DNA from: a virus
DNA length: 64,000 bases
Virus record (IMG/VR): IMGVR_UViG_3300021420_000022
Location: 28,393 to 92,392 of that record
Strand: one strand, 5' to 3'
Shown piece after piece: positions 28,135-37,031 of this stretch (the stretch's first letter is position 1; each line of letters begins with the position of its first letter). The translations under genes and the position numbers were made by a program. Under the pieces are notes generated by a model. The model was not told the origin of the DNA. It was given only the letters and a program-made list of their open reading frames with translations, and made no database searches.

Positions 28135-28364
28135 TCGACTTCACGATAGGCGATCTAGTCACGGTACGATTCACTAACTCTCACCGCCAATTCGAGTTTG
28201 TTGGCCGGGTTGTCGGTAAGACCAAAAATTACTGGAAGATCGAGGCGGTCACCTCGCCGTACCCGCAGGAGCAACCCGGGCGGGTCTTCCATATCCCAAC
28301 GTCAGAGTCGCGGACCTACTCTGCTAACAATTGCATCGCAGGGTTCGCGCCGGAGGCACAATGA
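28131..28364 (+). CDS. SH3-like hypothetical protein
   Basis: FTIGDLVTVRF...GRVVGKTK. Confidence 0.55.
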   Translation: MIDFTIGDLVTVRFTNSHRQFEFVGRVVGKTKNYWKIEAVTSPYPQEQPGRVFHIPTSESRTYSANNCIAGFAPEAQ

Positions 28365-28627
28365 AAGTTCGCGCTGGATCGAAGTACATCTTCTACCCGA
28401 ACATGCTCGACCGCATAGACGGTCGCACCGAGCTCGTACCCGGCTCCATCGTGACTGTAGTCCGGATGCCTGGCTGCCCGCCGCCGAACACGATGAATCA
28501 CGCGCATGTGAACTACAACGGCAGGTTCGCTGGGCTCGTCCACACTAACTCGCTCCACTCACTGAAGGACAAACAGCTCGTGATCGACGCTATTAAGCGC
28601 GATCTCGCGAAGGTGAAGCATGAATAG
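28361..28627 (+). CDS. Early hypothetical protein
   Basis: GGAGG SD, ATGA overlap. Confidence 0.6.
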   Translation: MKVRAGSKYIFYPNMLDRIDGRTELVPGSIVTVVRMPGCPPPNTMNHAHVNYNGRFAGLVHTNSLHSLKDKQLVIDAIKRDLAKVKHE

Positions 28628-29048
28628 GCGAGCGCCATTTCAGTACATCAGCTCGCGGAAGTTGCGAGCGAAAGGCGGACATCCGGACGAGTCCAACGAT
28701 TGCAGCGTTCGTGCGTTAGTGAGTGCCACGGGGTTGCCCTATTCAACAGCGCATGACATTATGACAGCATCCGGACGGCCCCCAAGAAAAGGTTGGCATA
28801 CAGATAAGGGCCTCAAAGTTCTCGCTGAATTGGGCGCAATCAAGTTTTCAGAAATTGATCTGGTTAATCATTGGCCGCTTAAACCCATTACGCTCAGCAC
28901 TCTGTTGCGGCGTTTGCCAGTCGGTCGCTATGTCTGCCATACTTGTGGTCATGCTTTTGCCTTGATTGATGGGGTGGTTCACGATAACCGCGCTCCCGGC
29001 CTTAATACTCGGATTGAGCAATGCTGGAGAATCGAGGAGGTAAAATGA
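28620..29048 (+). CDS. Conserved phage protein with Cys/His peptidase-like motifs
   Basis: NDCSVRAL...GHAFALIDGVVHD. Confidence 0.6.
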   Translation: MNRRAPFQYISSRKLRAKGGHPDESNDCSVRALVSATGLPYSTAHDIMTASGRPPRKGWHTDKGLKVLAELGAIKFSEIDLVNHWPLKPITLSTLLRRLPVGRYVCHTCGHAFALIDGVVHDNRAPGLNTRIEQCWRIEEVK

Positions 29049-29698
29049 TAGCTTGGCTTTTGTCAAAACTGTTTCCGCCGAAGGAACCGATCTATCACGT
29101 GTACCGGCGCGAGACCAAAAAGATTCCGATCCGCAACCCGTGGGTCGAGGGATTCCACGCCGACGACTTCAAGGACGCGGACTCCTTTGGTCTGGAGTTA
29201 TTCAAATGAAATGCACAGCGGCGGATATGCGCGGGCAGGAATGCAAGCCGGTCGAAGGTAAGTACGATGGGAAGCCGCAGATGTATTGTGCGCGCTGCGG
29301 GAGGAAGGTAAACGATGCGACGAAGTGAGCCGTTGCCTGAGTGGCCGGAGCGAAAACATCATCTGAATCGCAAGAAGCACACCGTCCGATGGTGCAAGGG
29401 TGTCGTTGGCCGTGAGCATATCACGAAACAAGTCCCGTGGCCTGCAGCTCCGAGGTCAGGGTGGATTGTTGATCTATGTTTGCGATGCGGTAAGCAGTTA
29501 AATTTACGGAGACCGAAATGAAGTCGTGGTATAAACCCGAGCGCCGAATATTTTTCTTCTGGCGTCGTTGTTTCTGCGGCGGCCTCATCTGGCCGCTCAC
29601 TAGGTATCACTGGAACTCGCAAGGCGAATTGAAACCAAATAAACCCCGGCCCGATGTCTTCAGCAAGCACGACAGCGGATCGGACCCAAGGAGGCAGT

Positions 29699-29953
29699 AT
29701 GATTTTTGATTTGCATCTGACAGAAGGATTTCGTGGCGTCACGGTACGACCTTTAACGAGCAAAGGTTTCTCTTTCGTATTCAACGAAATTGAAACAACG
29801 ATAGTCGGCGCTCGAAATCTGTACGATGAGGCTATCGAACGAGACCTGCACGTCTCATTTGAGACCGCCGCAACGCGAGACTTGATCACTGGAGGTGGGC
29901 GATACAAGCAAGCGTTGCAGGACCCCCACGCTGACCCGGAGGCTGCGGTATGA
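29699..29953 (+). CDS. Hypothetical protein
   Basis: AGGAGG SD before MIFDL. Confidence 0.55.
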   Translation: MIFDLHLTEGFRGVTVRPLTSKGFSFVFNEIETTIVGARNLYDEAIERDLHVSFETAATRDLITGGGRYKQALQDPHADPEAAV

Positions 29954-30159
29954 AACATCTCAAAGCAAAGTCGGTCGACATCACAATCCCGACTTGTAAG
30001 CCTGTCGATTATCAAATTGAGCAGGCCGTTGAAGCAATCGGACAGCTCGCACTTCGAGGTAAACTGGACTACTGCGCGAAGTGCGGGCATCGTCAGGGAT
30101 ACATTTTCTATGCCGCCGAAGTGCGAGAAGTCCTTCGAAAGTTGGTGAGTCATGAGTGA
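29950..30159 (+). CDS. Hypothetical protein
   Basis: GGAGG SD; ATGA overlap. Confidence 0.5.
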   Translation: MKHLKAKSVDITIPTCKPVDYQIEQAVEAIGQLALRGKLDYCAKCGHRQGYIFYAAEVREVLRKLVSHE

Positions 30160-30461
30160 AGACAGTATCAAGCCGGGCTACAGCGACCACGTCTGCCACT
30201 TCTGCGGTAAGCGTGACGCGGGCTACCTCCGCCCTGTGGATGTCACGAAGCCGCACGGAAAATATTTCGACGCGTGCGAGAAGTGTGCGCGCAAAGCTTT
30301 TGAAGGAGAAAAGAAATGACACGTCCACTGTTTGAAATTTGGCAGGACGGCGAGAACTGGCACGCACAAATGAAGAACTATGTCGCAACATTCGGATCGA
30401 AAGGCATGGCGGAGCGTTACGTCGCCGCCATAAAGAAAATGGCAGAACAGAATAAAAAAGC

Positions 30462-30490
30462 TTGACAAACTTTTCGGATTCTGATACAGA
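30462..30490 (+). promoter_or_regulatory. Sigma70-type promoter upstream of the structured RNA
   Basis: TTGACA-17-TACAGA with TG extension and A-rich UP element; the -10 match is imperfect. Confidence 0.55.
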
Positions 30491-30492
30491 AT

Positions 30493-30873
30493 CCGGTCTC
30501 GGGGTCGCCGCGACCTAATAGGTCGACCGTTTAATCCGAGAAAACCAAGACGCGGCCACGGCGGAGAGCGGTAAGTCGGCAACCAGCGAAAACAATCAGC
30601 TGCTCCCGACACCGTGGATCAAAGCGAAGGGCCGCGCAGAACCGGCGATGAAACCTTAACTGGGGTTAAAAGTCCCTCAGACGTTGCTAGAGGTACCCCG
30701 CTTACGTGGCGGAATGGCGCAACGTTGGATGCAGGTTAGAACCCTGCCTTCGCCTTATTTTTGGCAGTCATGCACTTGCTACGCGAACAGCACCCACGTA
30801 AGTCCGAGCGCGGTGGGGCGCGTAGCGGGCCAAAGGACTAGGGTCTGATCAACCCTTGGTGCGTGATTGCCAA
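30493..30873 (+). ncRNA. Unidentified multi-domain structured RNA containing a tRNA-like minihelix
   Basis: No credible ORF; nested stems CCGGT/ACCGG, TCTCGG/CCGAGA, CGCGGCC/GGCCGCG, CCACGG/CCGTGG; a 15-bp stem 30761-30775/30859-30873. Confidence 0.6.
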
Positions 30874-30907
30874 ACGATTTGGGCCTAAAAATTCATGGGG
30901 TAAACTG

Positions 30908-31375
30908 ATGGATCGTCGCGCATCGCATCTGAAACTTTATAATCTCACGGTTACTGAGTGGGACCTTATTGACGCCTTCCAGAACCATGTCTGCGCAATC
31001 TGTCATCGGCCTAACAAATCTGGCAAACGCCTCAGTACAGACCATTCTCACATCACCGGCATAATTCGCGGATTGCTGTGTCAACGTTGCAATCGAATTC
31101 TTGGAAAGATCGAAGACCCTCGATTTTGGCGTGAAAATACGATAGCGTTGTTGCGCGCCGCCGCTGACTTTCTGGAGCACTTCCCGGCAGTTCTGGCTCT
31201 GGGCCGAGAAATTTTTACTTACCCCGGTAGGTTGGGGACTAAAACCCACCGAGCTTGGCTGCGAAAGAAAATTCGCGTTGTAACTCCGGCATCTATTAGG
31301 ACGGAGAGGGATGGAAGAAACCTTAAAAGCACTACTTCCCACAGGCGGTCTGCCTTACCCGGGCGAAGACTTTAA
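30908..31375 (+). CDS. Endonuclease VII-family (HNH) protein
   Basis: Q...CAIC...LSTDHSH.TG.IRGLLC..CN..LG. Confidence 0.85.
   Translation: MDRRASHLKLYNLTVTEWDLIDAFQNHVCAICHRPNKSGKRLSTDHSHITGIIRGLLCQRCNRILGKIEDPRFWRENTIALLRAAADFLEHFPAVLALGREIFTYPGRLGTKTHRAWLRKKIRVVTPASIRTERDGRNLKSTTSHRRSALPGRRL
31270..31299 (+). promoter_or_regulatory. 30-bp conserved element, copy 2
   Basis: Identical to copy 1; followed by an SD and ATG at 31311. Confidence 0.65.
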
Positions 31376-31481
31376 GGTAAAATGCCCAGATTGTCTACAG
31401 TTACCAGAGGGACGAAAATTGTGTCCTAAGCATTCGGAAGCATTCCGAAAGACGAGGAAGCATGATATTGCCAAGTCTTGA
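31311..31481 (+). CDS. 56-aa zinc-finger protein
   Basis: CPDC...LCPKH; below the track cutoff; GGAGAGG SD. Confidence 0.5.
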   Translation: MEETLKALLPTGGLPYPGEDFKVKCPDCLQLPEGRKLCPKHSEAFRKTRKHDIAKS

Positions 31482-32163
31482 CAGCTACATCAAATGGGTT
31501 AAGGCCCATGAGAAGTTAGTTATCATTGCTGTTTTAGTTCTTTTCGGTCTCCATGTTTACGACTCAGCGCGCCGAGCGTACGTCGATCACCTCAAACGTC
31601 AGGACGATGTCGCCGCTATGACGGCGCAGGCGTCCAGCCTTCAAAACGTTCAAACCCAAGAACAGCTGGTCGATCTAAAGAAGACGGTCGACGCCCAGAT
31701 AGCCAGCCTGAAAGCCGCTGACGCTCAGCGCGCTATCGATACCCAGAAACAGAAACAAGCCGACGATGTCCTCGGCGGGCAACAACTTGCTGCGCGATTG
31801 CAGTCTTTGCTCAATGTTAATCCCGGTGACGTAACGTGGTCCCCAACTCCGGGCACTGTTGTATTCAGTTTGCCAGCAGCGCACGATGTTGCGGATGTCG
31901 TTGACGACAAGAACAAACTCACTGCGGACGTTCAAAGTTTGCAGACGCAACTGAACGATGAGAATTCGGTGCTTGTGAAGCAGACTGACGCGATAGTTTC
32001 GGCGAATCTCGCTCTCGCTGATGAGAAGAAGTATCACGCTGCCGACGTGAAGTTGTTGAATGAAGAAATGAAAAATAAGTGGCGCAAAGGATTCAAGTGG
32101 GGAGTCATCGCAGGAACGGTAGGGACCGTAGTCGTGGAAAAGATTTTTCACGTCAACCTGTGA
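31462..32163 (+). CDS. Membrane-anchored coiled-coil protein (spanin-like)
   Basis: N-terminal TM, long coiled coil, C-terminal hydrophobic segment. Confidence 0.5.
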   Translation: MILPSLDSYIKWVKAHEKLVIIAVLVLFGLHVYDSARRAYVDHLKRQDDVAAMTAQASSLQNVQTQEQLVDLKKTVDAQIASLKAADAQRAIDTQKQKQADDVLGGQQLAARLQSLLNVNPGDVTWSPTPGTVVFSLPAAHDVADVVDDKNKLTADVQSLQTQLNDENSVLVKQTDAIVSANLALADEKKYHAADVKLLNEEMKNKWRKGFKWGVIAGTVGTVVVEKIFHVNL

Positions 32164-32174
32164 TGGGGGCTCCT

Positions 32175-33800
32175 ATGAGCGCTCGAACGAATGAGGAGCG
32201 AGTCACTCCTGAAGTGATTCTCGCTACCTATGAGAAGAACGCCGGAAACGTGCGTGCGACGGCGAAAGAACTAGGGATAGGTCGGTGGACAGTGTTGAGA
32301 AACGTTCGCAAACTCGGTCAGGGCAAGAAGCCAATCGCAGCGGGTTCGATCACTGGGGTCGAAGCTAAACCTGCCAAGCTCCCAAAGAACGGACAGATCA
32401 AGCGATATATTCTCACCTCTGCACAAAACAATACTTACGTCTATGATAAAGTCTGGGATAACATTCTCGCGCTTGCAAAGTTTTATGATGCCGAGATTCT
32501 CGTCGGCACTTACTCCTACAACCAAAACGCGTTCGGCGAGCTCGCCGTCAAGCGCGGTAAAGCGAAAAAGCAAGAAAAAGAACTCTGGTACGACCCGAAG
32601 TTAAAGGATTATTTTTGTGATCACCGCAAACAACTGGCGAACGGTCTCGTATGGTGTGGGGAGTATAACGCGCTGCCCACAGCAGTCAACCCCCTCGCCG
32701 GTCTCGAATCGTACAGCGGACGCCAGTCAGCCATCTTTCCGCATGCCAAGCTGGCGATGCGGTCTATCGCTACGATGCAAGACGCCGGAACGAAGCTGAA
32801 CTACACCACAGGCACTGTGACCGAGAAGAACTATATTCAGAAACGCGCCGGAACCATTGCAGAGTTTCACCACGTGTACGGCGGTCTCCTAGTCGAAGTC
32901 GATCACGAGGGTCACTGGTGGGTGCGGCAGTTGAACGCTGACACGGACACCGCCGACATTCAGGATTTGGACGTACTTGTTCACGACGGCGTCGTTACGA
33001 CCGGCAATCGAGTCGAAGCCATCACGTGGGGCGACATTCACGCGACGATTATCGATGAGAAGGTTGTGGACGCGTCGCTCAGTATGTTGGACACTCTCAA
33101 GCCAAAGTATCAGTTCTTCCACGACGTTCTTGAGGGCTCCTCGATCAATCACCACGTCAAAGACAATCCGCACTTCAAATTCTATAACTGGCTTCGAGGT
33201 CTCCATCGTGTCGAGGAAGAACTGAAGCGCACGGCAGCGGTGCTCGACCGTTACGCCCGTCCGAATACGAAAGCCGTAGCCGTCGATTCGAACCATGACG
33301 ACCCGTGGATTCAGCGCTGGCTTCGTGATCATGATTTCAGGAAGGACCCAGCGAACGCGGAGTTATATCTTGAGGCGCAGCGGTACATGTACCGGCAGCT
33401 TCGTGAAGGAAAAAATTCTGGAAAGCTGCCTCGCGATATCAACATGGCGGCGTGGGCCTTGCAACATTTCGGCGGGCTCAAGTCTGATATTCAGTTTCTC
33501 ATCGCCGATCAGAGCTTCTTTATTTGCGGTGACAAGATCGAATGTGGTATGCACGGGCACCTCGGGCCGAACGGACGTTATGGTTCGCCTGAGAATTTGT
33601 CGAAGATGGGACGCCGGTCGAATACCGCGCACACTCACTACGCTGGAATCTACGACGGCCTGTATGTGGCCGGAACGTCGACAAAGTTTCGCTGGGACTA
33701 CAATCGAGGGCCGTCGAACTGGACACACAGTCACATAGTAACCTACCCGAACGGTAAGCGAGCGATTGTCACAATTTATGCAGATAAGTGGAGGGCTTAA
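32175..33800 (+). CDS. T5 A1-like protein (N-terminal HTH + calcineurin-like phosphoesterase/nuclease)
   Basis: RYILTSAQNNT, LPTAVNPL.G, TTGTVT.KNYIQK.AG..AEFHH, WGDIH, KPKYQFFHD, SNHD, ECG.HGH, AHTH, W.HSH.VTY.NG.R, as I recall from phage T5 A1. Confidence 0.8.
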   Translation: MSARTNEERVTPEVILATYEKNAGNVRATAKELGIGRWTVLRNVRKLGQGKKPIAAGSITGVEAKPAKLPKNGQIKRYILTSAQNNTYVYDKVWDNILALAKFYDAEILVGTYSYNQNAFGELAVKRGKAKKQEKELWYDPKLKDYFCDHRKQLANGLVWCGEYNALPTAVNPLAGLESYSGRQSAIFPHAKLAMRSIATMQDAGTKLNYTTGTVTEKNYIQKRAGTIAEFHHVYGGLLVEVDHEGHWWVRQLNADTDTADIQDLDVLVHDGVVTTGNRVEAITWGDIHATIIDEKVVDASLSMLDTLKPKYQFFHDVLEGSSINHHVKDNPHFKFYNWLRGLHRVEEELKRTAAVLDRYARPNTKAVAVDSNHDDPWIQRWLRDHDFRKDPANAELYLEAQRYMYRQLREGKNSGKLPRDINMAAWALQHFGGLKSDIQFLIADQSFFICGDKIECGMHGHLGPNGRYGSPENLSKMGRRSNTAHTHYAGIYDGLYVAGTSTKFRWDYNRGPSNWTHSHIVTYPNGKRAIVTIYADKWRA

Positions 33801-34285
33801 TGTCTGAGGGAGCGCTGAACCCATATTCTGATATTATTGAGAAGCTACGTAACGTTGCGGCTGATGCGGACGGTGCTGACCTCCGGGCCTTGGCAGCACA
33901 GATCAGAACTCAAGTGCCGGAGAGCAATAATCCGAAGGATCGTATTGGGCAAGCTAAGGTATCTCTCACAAAGATACCGGGTGTAGCGTTACTTCATGAA
34001 GCAAAAGCCATGATGAATGGCGCGAGTCGTTACGGAGCGTTCAATTGGAGGGATCACAGCGTACTTGCTTCAATCTACGTTGACGCTGCGCTTCGTCATT
34101 TGTACTCATGGTTTGAAGGGGAAGAAGAAGCTCAGGACAGCGGAGTCCATCATCTCGGGCATTTGCGGGCGTGTACAGCAATTCTTCTTGACGCGCAGGC
34201 AACGGGAAATCTAGTTGATGATCGCCCGAAAAAAGGAACTTTTATTTCGGTGCTATCGCAGTTGAATGAGCAGGTTAAGAAATGA
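33800..34285 (+). CDS. dATP/dGTP diphosphohydrolase-domain protein (DUF5664)
   Basis: NPKD.IG..K, GA.RYG.FNWR, Y.DAA.RHL..W.EGEE...DSG.HHL.H. Confidence 0.85.
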   Translation: MSEGALNPYSDIIEKLRNVAADADGADLRALAAQIRTQVPESNNPKDRIGQAKVSLTKIPGVALLHEAKAMMNGASRYGAFNWRDHSVLASIYVDAALRHLYSWFEGEEEAQDSGVHHLGHLRACTAILLDAQATGNLVDDRPKKGTFISVLSQLNEQVKK

Positions 34286-34779
34286 ATCGTTTGCGTCGCT
34301 GTCGGGAATGCAAGAAGAGGAAATCTCTGCGAAGCTTTAGTCTTGATCGTGGGAAGCCGAGACGAATTTGTAAAAAGTGTGCGTCTGACAAACAATCCGA
34401 GCGATACGCTGGTCAGGGCGCTGCTGGGCGAAAAAGAGTTTTGAAAAATTGGAACGCATTTTTTCGGAGAGACCCAGCTCGTGCGCGATTTAATCTTTCA
34501 AAGTCGGCGGCAAAGCAATCTGGTCATCAGTGGCAGTTGACTCTTGAGCAGTACCGTCGTTTGAACGCTCTTCCTTGCTATTATTGCGGCGGTGTTTTAC
34601 CGGAGAAGGGCCGAGGTCTTGATCGGAAGAACAATGCCGAAGGTTATACTTTGAGAAATGTTTTGCCATGCTGTACGGTTTGCAACACCCTTCGTTCGGA
34701 TAACTTTACAGTTGAAGAAACTAAAGTAGCAGTTGACGCTATTCAACAACTGAGGAAACAGAAAGGATTATCAAAGTGA
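34282..34779 (+). CDS. HNH endonuclease
   Basis: PCYYCG...GLDR.NN..GY...NV.PCC..CN. Confidence 0.85.
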   Translation: MNRLRRCRECKKRKSLRSFSLDRGKPRRICKKCASDKQSERYAGQGAAGRKRVLKNWNAFFRRDPARARFNLSKSAAKQSGHQWQLTLEQYRRLNALPCYYCGGVLPEKGRGLDRKNNAEGYTLRNVLPCCTVCNTLRSDNFTVEETKVAVDAIQQLRKQKGLSK

Positions 34780-35294
34780 ACATCTATCTTGCAGCAGCAT
34801 GGTCTCGTCGCGGAGAAATGAAGGACCTCGCTGCAGTTTTGGAGAAGATAATCCCCGATCTGATTGTAAATTGCCGCTGGATCAAAGAAGACCCGACACC
34901 GGCAGGAAATCTTTTGTTTCTTCACAAAAATATGGACGCGATTAGGTCTATTCGAGCGAAGCAAGATCGCGAAGACATCTATGCGTCCGACCTTCTGGTG
35001 AGATTTACGGACGATCTAAGTTCAAAAATGGTGTCGGCTCGCTTGGCGACCGGTTCCCGCATGGCGGAGATGGGGATGGCTCTCACGCGAGGTATTCCGG
35101 TCATCGTGGTAGGCGGCAAGCAATGCATCTTTGACTACTTGCCGGAAGTTCAGCATGTTAAGAACGTGGCCTCCCTGAAGCGACTTCTACGAAAGATTCA
35201 AAAAGCAGACGGAGGTGACGTACGCCATACATCACGCAAACGGCTAGAGAAATTGTTGAGGAAGATGGGCTCATCGAAAATAGTGGTGAACTGA
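34776..35294 (+). CDS. Nucleoside 2-deoxyribosyltransferase-like protein
   Basis: IYLAA, D..DI..SD..V, EMG.AL..G.PV. Confidence 0.7.
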   Translation: MNIYLAAAWSRRGEMKDLAAVLEKIIPDLIVNCRWIKEDPTPAGNLLFLHKNMDAIRSIRAKQDREDIYASDLLVRFTDDLSSKMVSARLATGSRMAEMGMALTRGIPVIVVGGKQCIFDYLPEVQHVKNVASLKRLLRKIQKADGGDVRHTSRKRLEKLLRKMGSSKIVVN

Positions 35295-35464
35295 ACTACG
35301 CGTTCACCCAAGTGATCCGGAAGTACCTTGAGTTACACGGGACGAGTTACAGCCGATTCAATGATGTGATCGGAGCTCTTGAAGGCGCGAAGCTAGAATT
35401 CTATCGTCGTGTGGTAACCCCATACGAAGATGAAAAAATCAAACAAAATGGAGACGTGTACTAA
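35222..35464 (+). CDS. Conserved phage protein (MPYI...NGDVY type), apparent ACG start
   Basis: GGAGG-6nt-ACG CCA TAC ATC; GELNY, Y..FNDVIGALE.AKLEFYRR...PYED.K...NGDVY; in-frame TGA two codons upstream. Confidence 0.7.
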   Translation, partial: TPYITQTAREIVEEDGLIENSGELNYAFTQVIRKYLELHGTSYSRFNDVIGALEGAKLEFYRRVVTPYEDEKIKQNGDVY

Positions 35465-35841
35465 TGTCGACACAGAATACAACATTTCAAACGGTAGCGT
35501 GCGACGGGCCGAACTGTAAGAACAGTGCGGTGATCGAAGCCACGGATCAAGCGGCAGTGGCGAAAGCTTTGACGGAGAATCCGTGGTTAAAGGTTCTGCG
35601 CACGGTGATCTCTGCCGAGAAGCGCGGCCCGGACGGCCAGCCGATTCAGTACAACTTCTGCTCCGACGTTTGCATGGTCAACGGCGCGACAGCTCGGATG
35701 TTTGACGAGCAGAAGATTCTGACCCCAGCGGCGGGCAGCGCGAACGCTCAGATCAAAGCAGCGCTCGAAGCGAAAGCGAAAGAGAACGCGGCAGACGCAG
35801 CACTCCGCGCTGGCGCTCCGGTCAACATTAGTCCAAAATGA
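35464..35841 (+). CDS. Hypothetical Zn-binding protein
   Basis: CDGPNC...FCSDVC. Confidence 0.65.
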   Translation: MSTQNTTFQTVACDGPNCKNSAVIEATDQAAVAKALTENPWLKVLRTVISAEKRGPDGQPIQYNFCSDVCMVNGATARMFDEQKILTPAAGSANAQIKAALEAKAKENAADAALRAGAPVNISPK

Positions 35842-35914
35842 AGTGGTCGAAAGCCGAAGGGCTAGCCGACTTCGACCGGCCCTGTAAGCGGCAGTTCTAC
35901 GCTTGGAGGAAATC

Positions 35915-36221
35915 TATGGGTAGGTATGAGGTAATACACAAAATTCTGGCCGACATTCATCTTGAGGTAGAACGAGCCCGTCAAACGTGGGGCGAGGAAT
36001 TTGACCGTAAGAACACGTTGAACGACTGGGTCACCTATGCTATGTCGTTTGCTACAGACGCAACGTTGATGGAGTCAACGACAGAACAGCAAGAAAGATA
36101 TCTTCGTAAGGCAGCCGGACTGCTTGTGTCCGCTATGGTGATGTTGAAGACCGAAGGTTTCGCGCCACGTCATTACGAAGGGCAGACCGGCCCGAAGTCA
36201 TTGCCGGAGATCGATAGTTAA
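35915..36221 (+). CDS. Hypothetical helical protein (possibly MazG-like)
   Basis: GGAGG SD before MGRYE; E.ER....WG.E.D pattern. Confidence 0.5.
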
Positions 36222-36229
36222 GGAGCCTC

Positions 36230-36631
36230 ATGAAATACTTCATCCGTTTCGTTGGACACATCATTCAGCAGCCCGGCCTCAAGCTGCCGCATAAGGTGTA
36301 CCACGACGTAATTTCGGCGTTCGACAAAGAGGATATGGACCCGGTCGAGACTCCGGACGGCGTAAAGATGGGGCTCAAACAGTTTTGCAACATCATGGTG
36401 GCTCACTTGATGGAGCACGGCATGGTGGTCCCGCAAAAGCCGAACAAAATGCAGGACGGCACAAAAATCCGCTTTGATCAACGCATGGGGATTCCGAAAC
36501 ACGTGATCGGAAAGATCACCCTGATCGTTCGAGTGTTGCAAGAGCCGAAGCGGGCGATCCCCGAAATTGAGGCCTTTGATTTGGACGGAGACGCCCCGGC
36601 TATGCCCGGCCTGACCGGATCGGTGAACTAA
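36230..36631 (+). CDS. Hypothetical protein
   Basis: AAGGAG SD. Confidence 0.65.
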   Translation: MKYFIRFVGHIIQQPGLKLPHKVYHDVISAFDKEDMDPVETPDGVKMGLKQFCNIMVAHLMEHGMVVPQKPNKMQDGTKIRFDQRMGIPKHVIGKITLIVRVLQEPKRAIPEIEAFDLDGDAPAMPGLTGSVN

Positions 36632-37027
36632 TGATTGGAAAGATTTGCGTTCGCTGCCATCGGGAAAAGCAATTACAGAATCGCCGTATCCGAATGGCGT
36701 CGAGCTAACCCCGAAAAGATTCATGCGAAGCAGGCTAAATACCGTCGTCTTCGTCCGAGAGATGAGCTAGAGCATCGGGTCCGTTACGAGTATCAGTTTA
36801 CAGAACCCGAAATCGAATACATTCTTCGTTGGCGGGGCGGAAAGTGTCCTTGTTGCGGAAAAATGATCAAGCGACTGGGCGTAGGACTTTCGGATGGCTG
36901 CATCGAACACGATCATAAAACGAAACGATTTCGAGGAATTGTTTGCGGCTCGTGTAATCGGGCTCTCGGATACGTACAGGATAAAATTTCTGTCTTACGC
37001 GGACTGATTAAATACTTGCGAGGGTAG
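36631..37027 (+). pseudogene. Endonuclease VII-family gene with an N-terminal frameshift
   Basis: ATG 36631 gives MIGKICVRCHREK...stop; the catalytic part CPCCG...EHDH...RGIVC..CN.ALG is in the +1 frame. Confidence 0.55.
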
Positions 37028-37031
37028 CTAT

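Noticed and set aside
29359-30171. Long antisense ORFs in the track (for example 270 aa here, 59801-60523, 43001-43666)
   Set aside because: They are shadows of coupled, SD-bearing genes on the opposite strand.
30636-30812. RNase P RNA-like words (CAGAACCGGC, AAAGTCC, AAGTCCGAGC)
   Set aside because: The order and P4 pairing do not fit, and there is no GAGGAAAGUCC.
33800-35294. 2-aminoadenine (Z) or other base-modification pathway
   Set aside because: DUF5664 and an NDT-like gene are present, but no PurZ or other modifying synthase is recognisable in this window.
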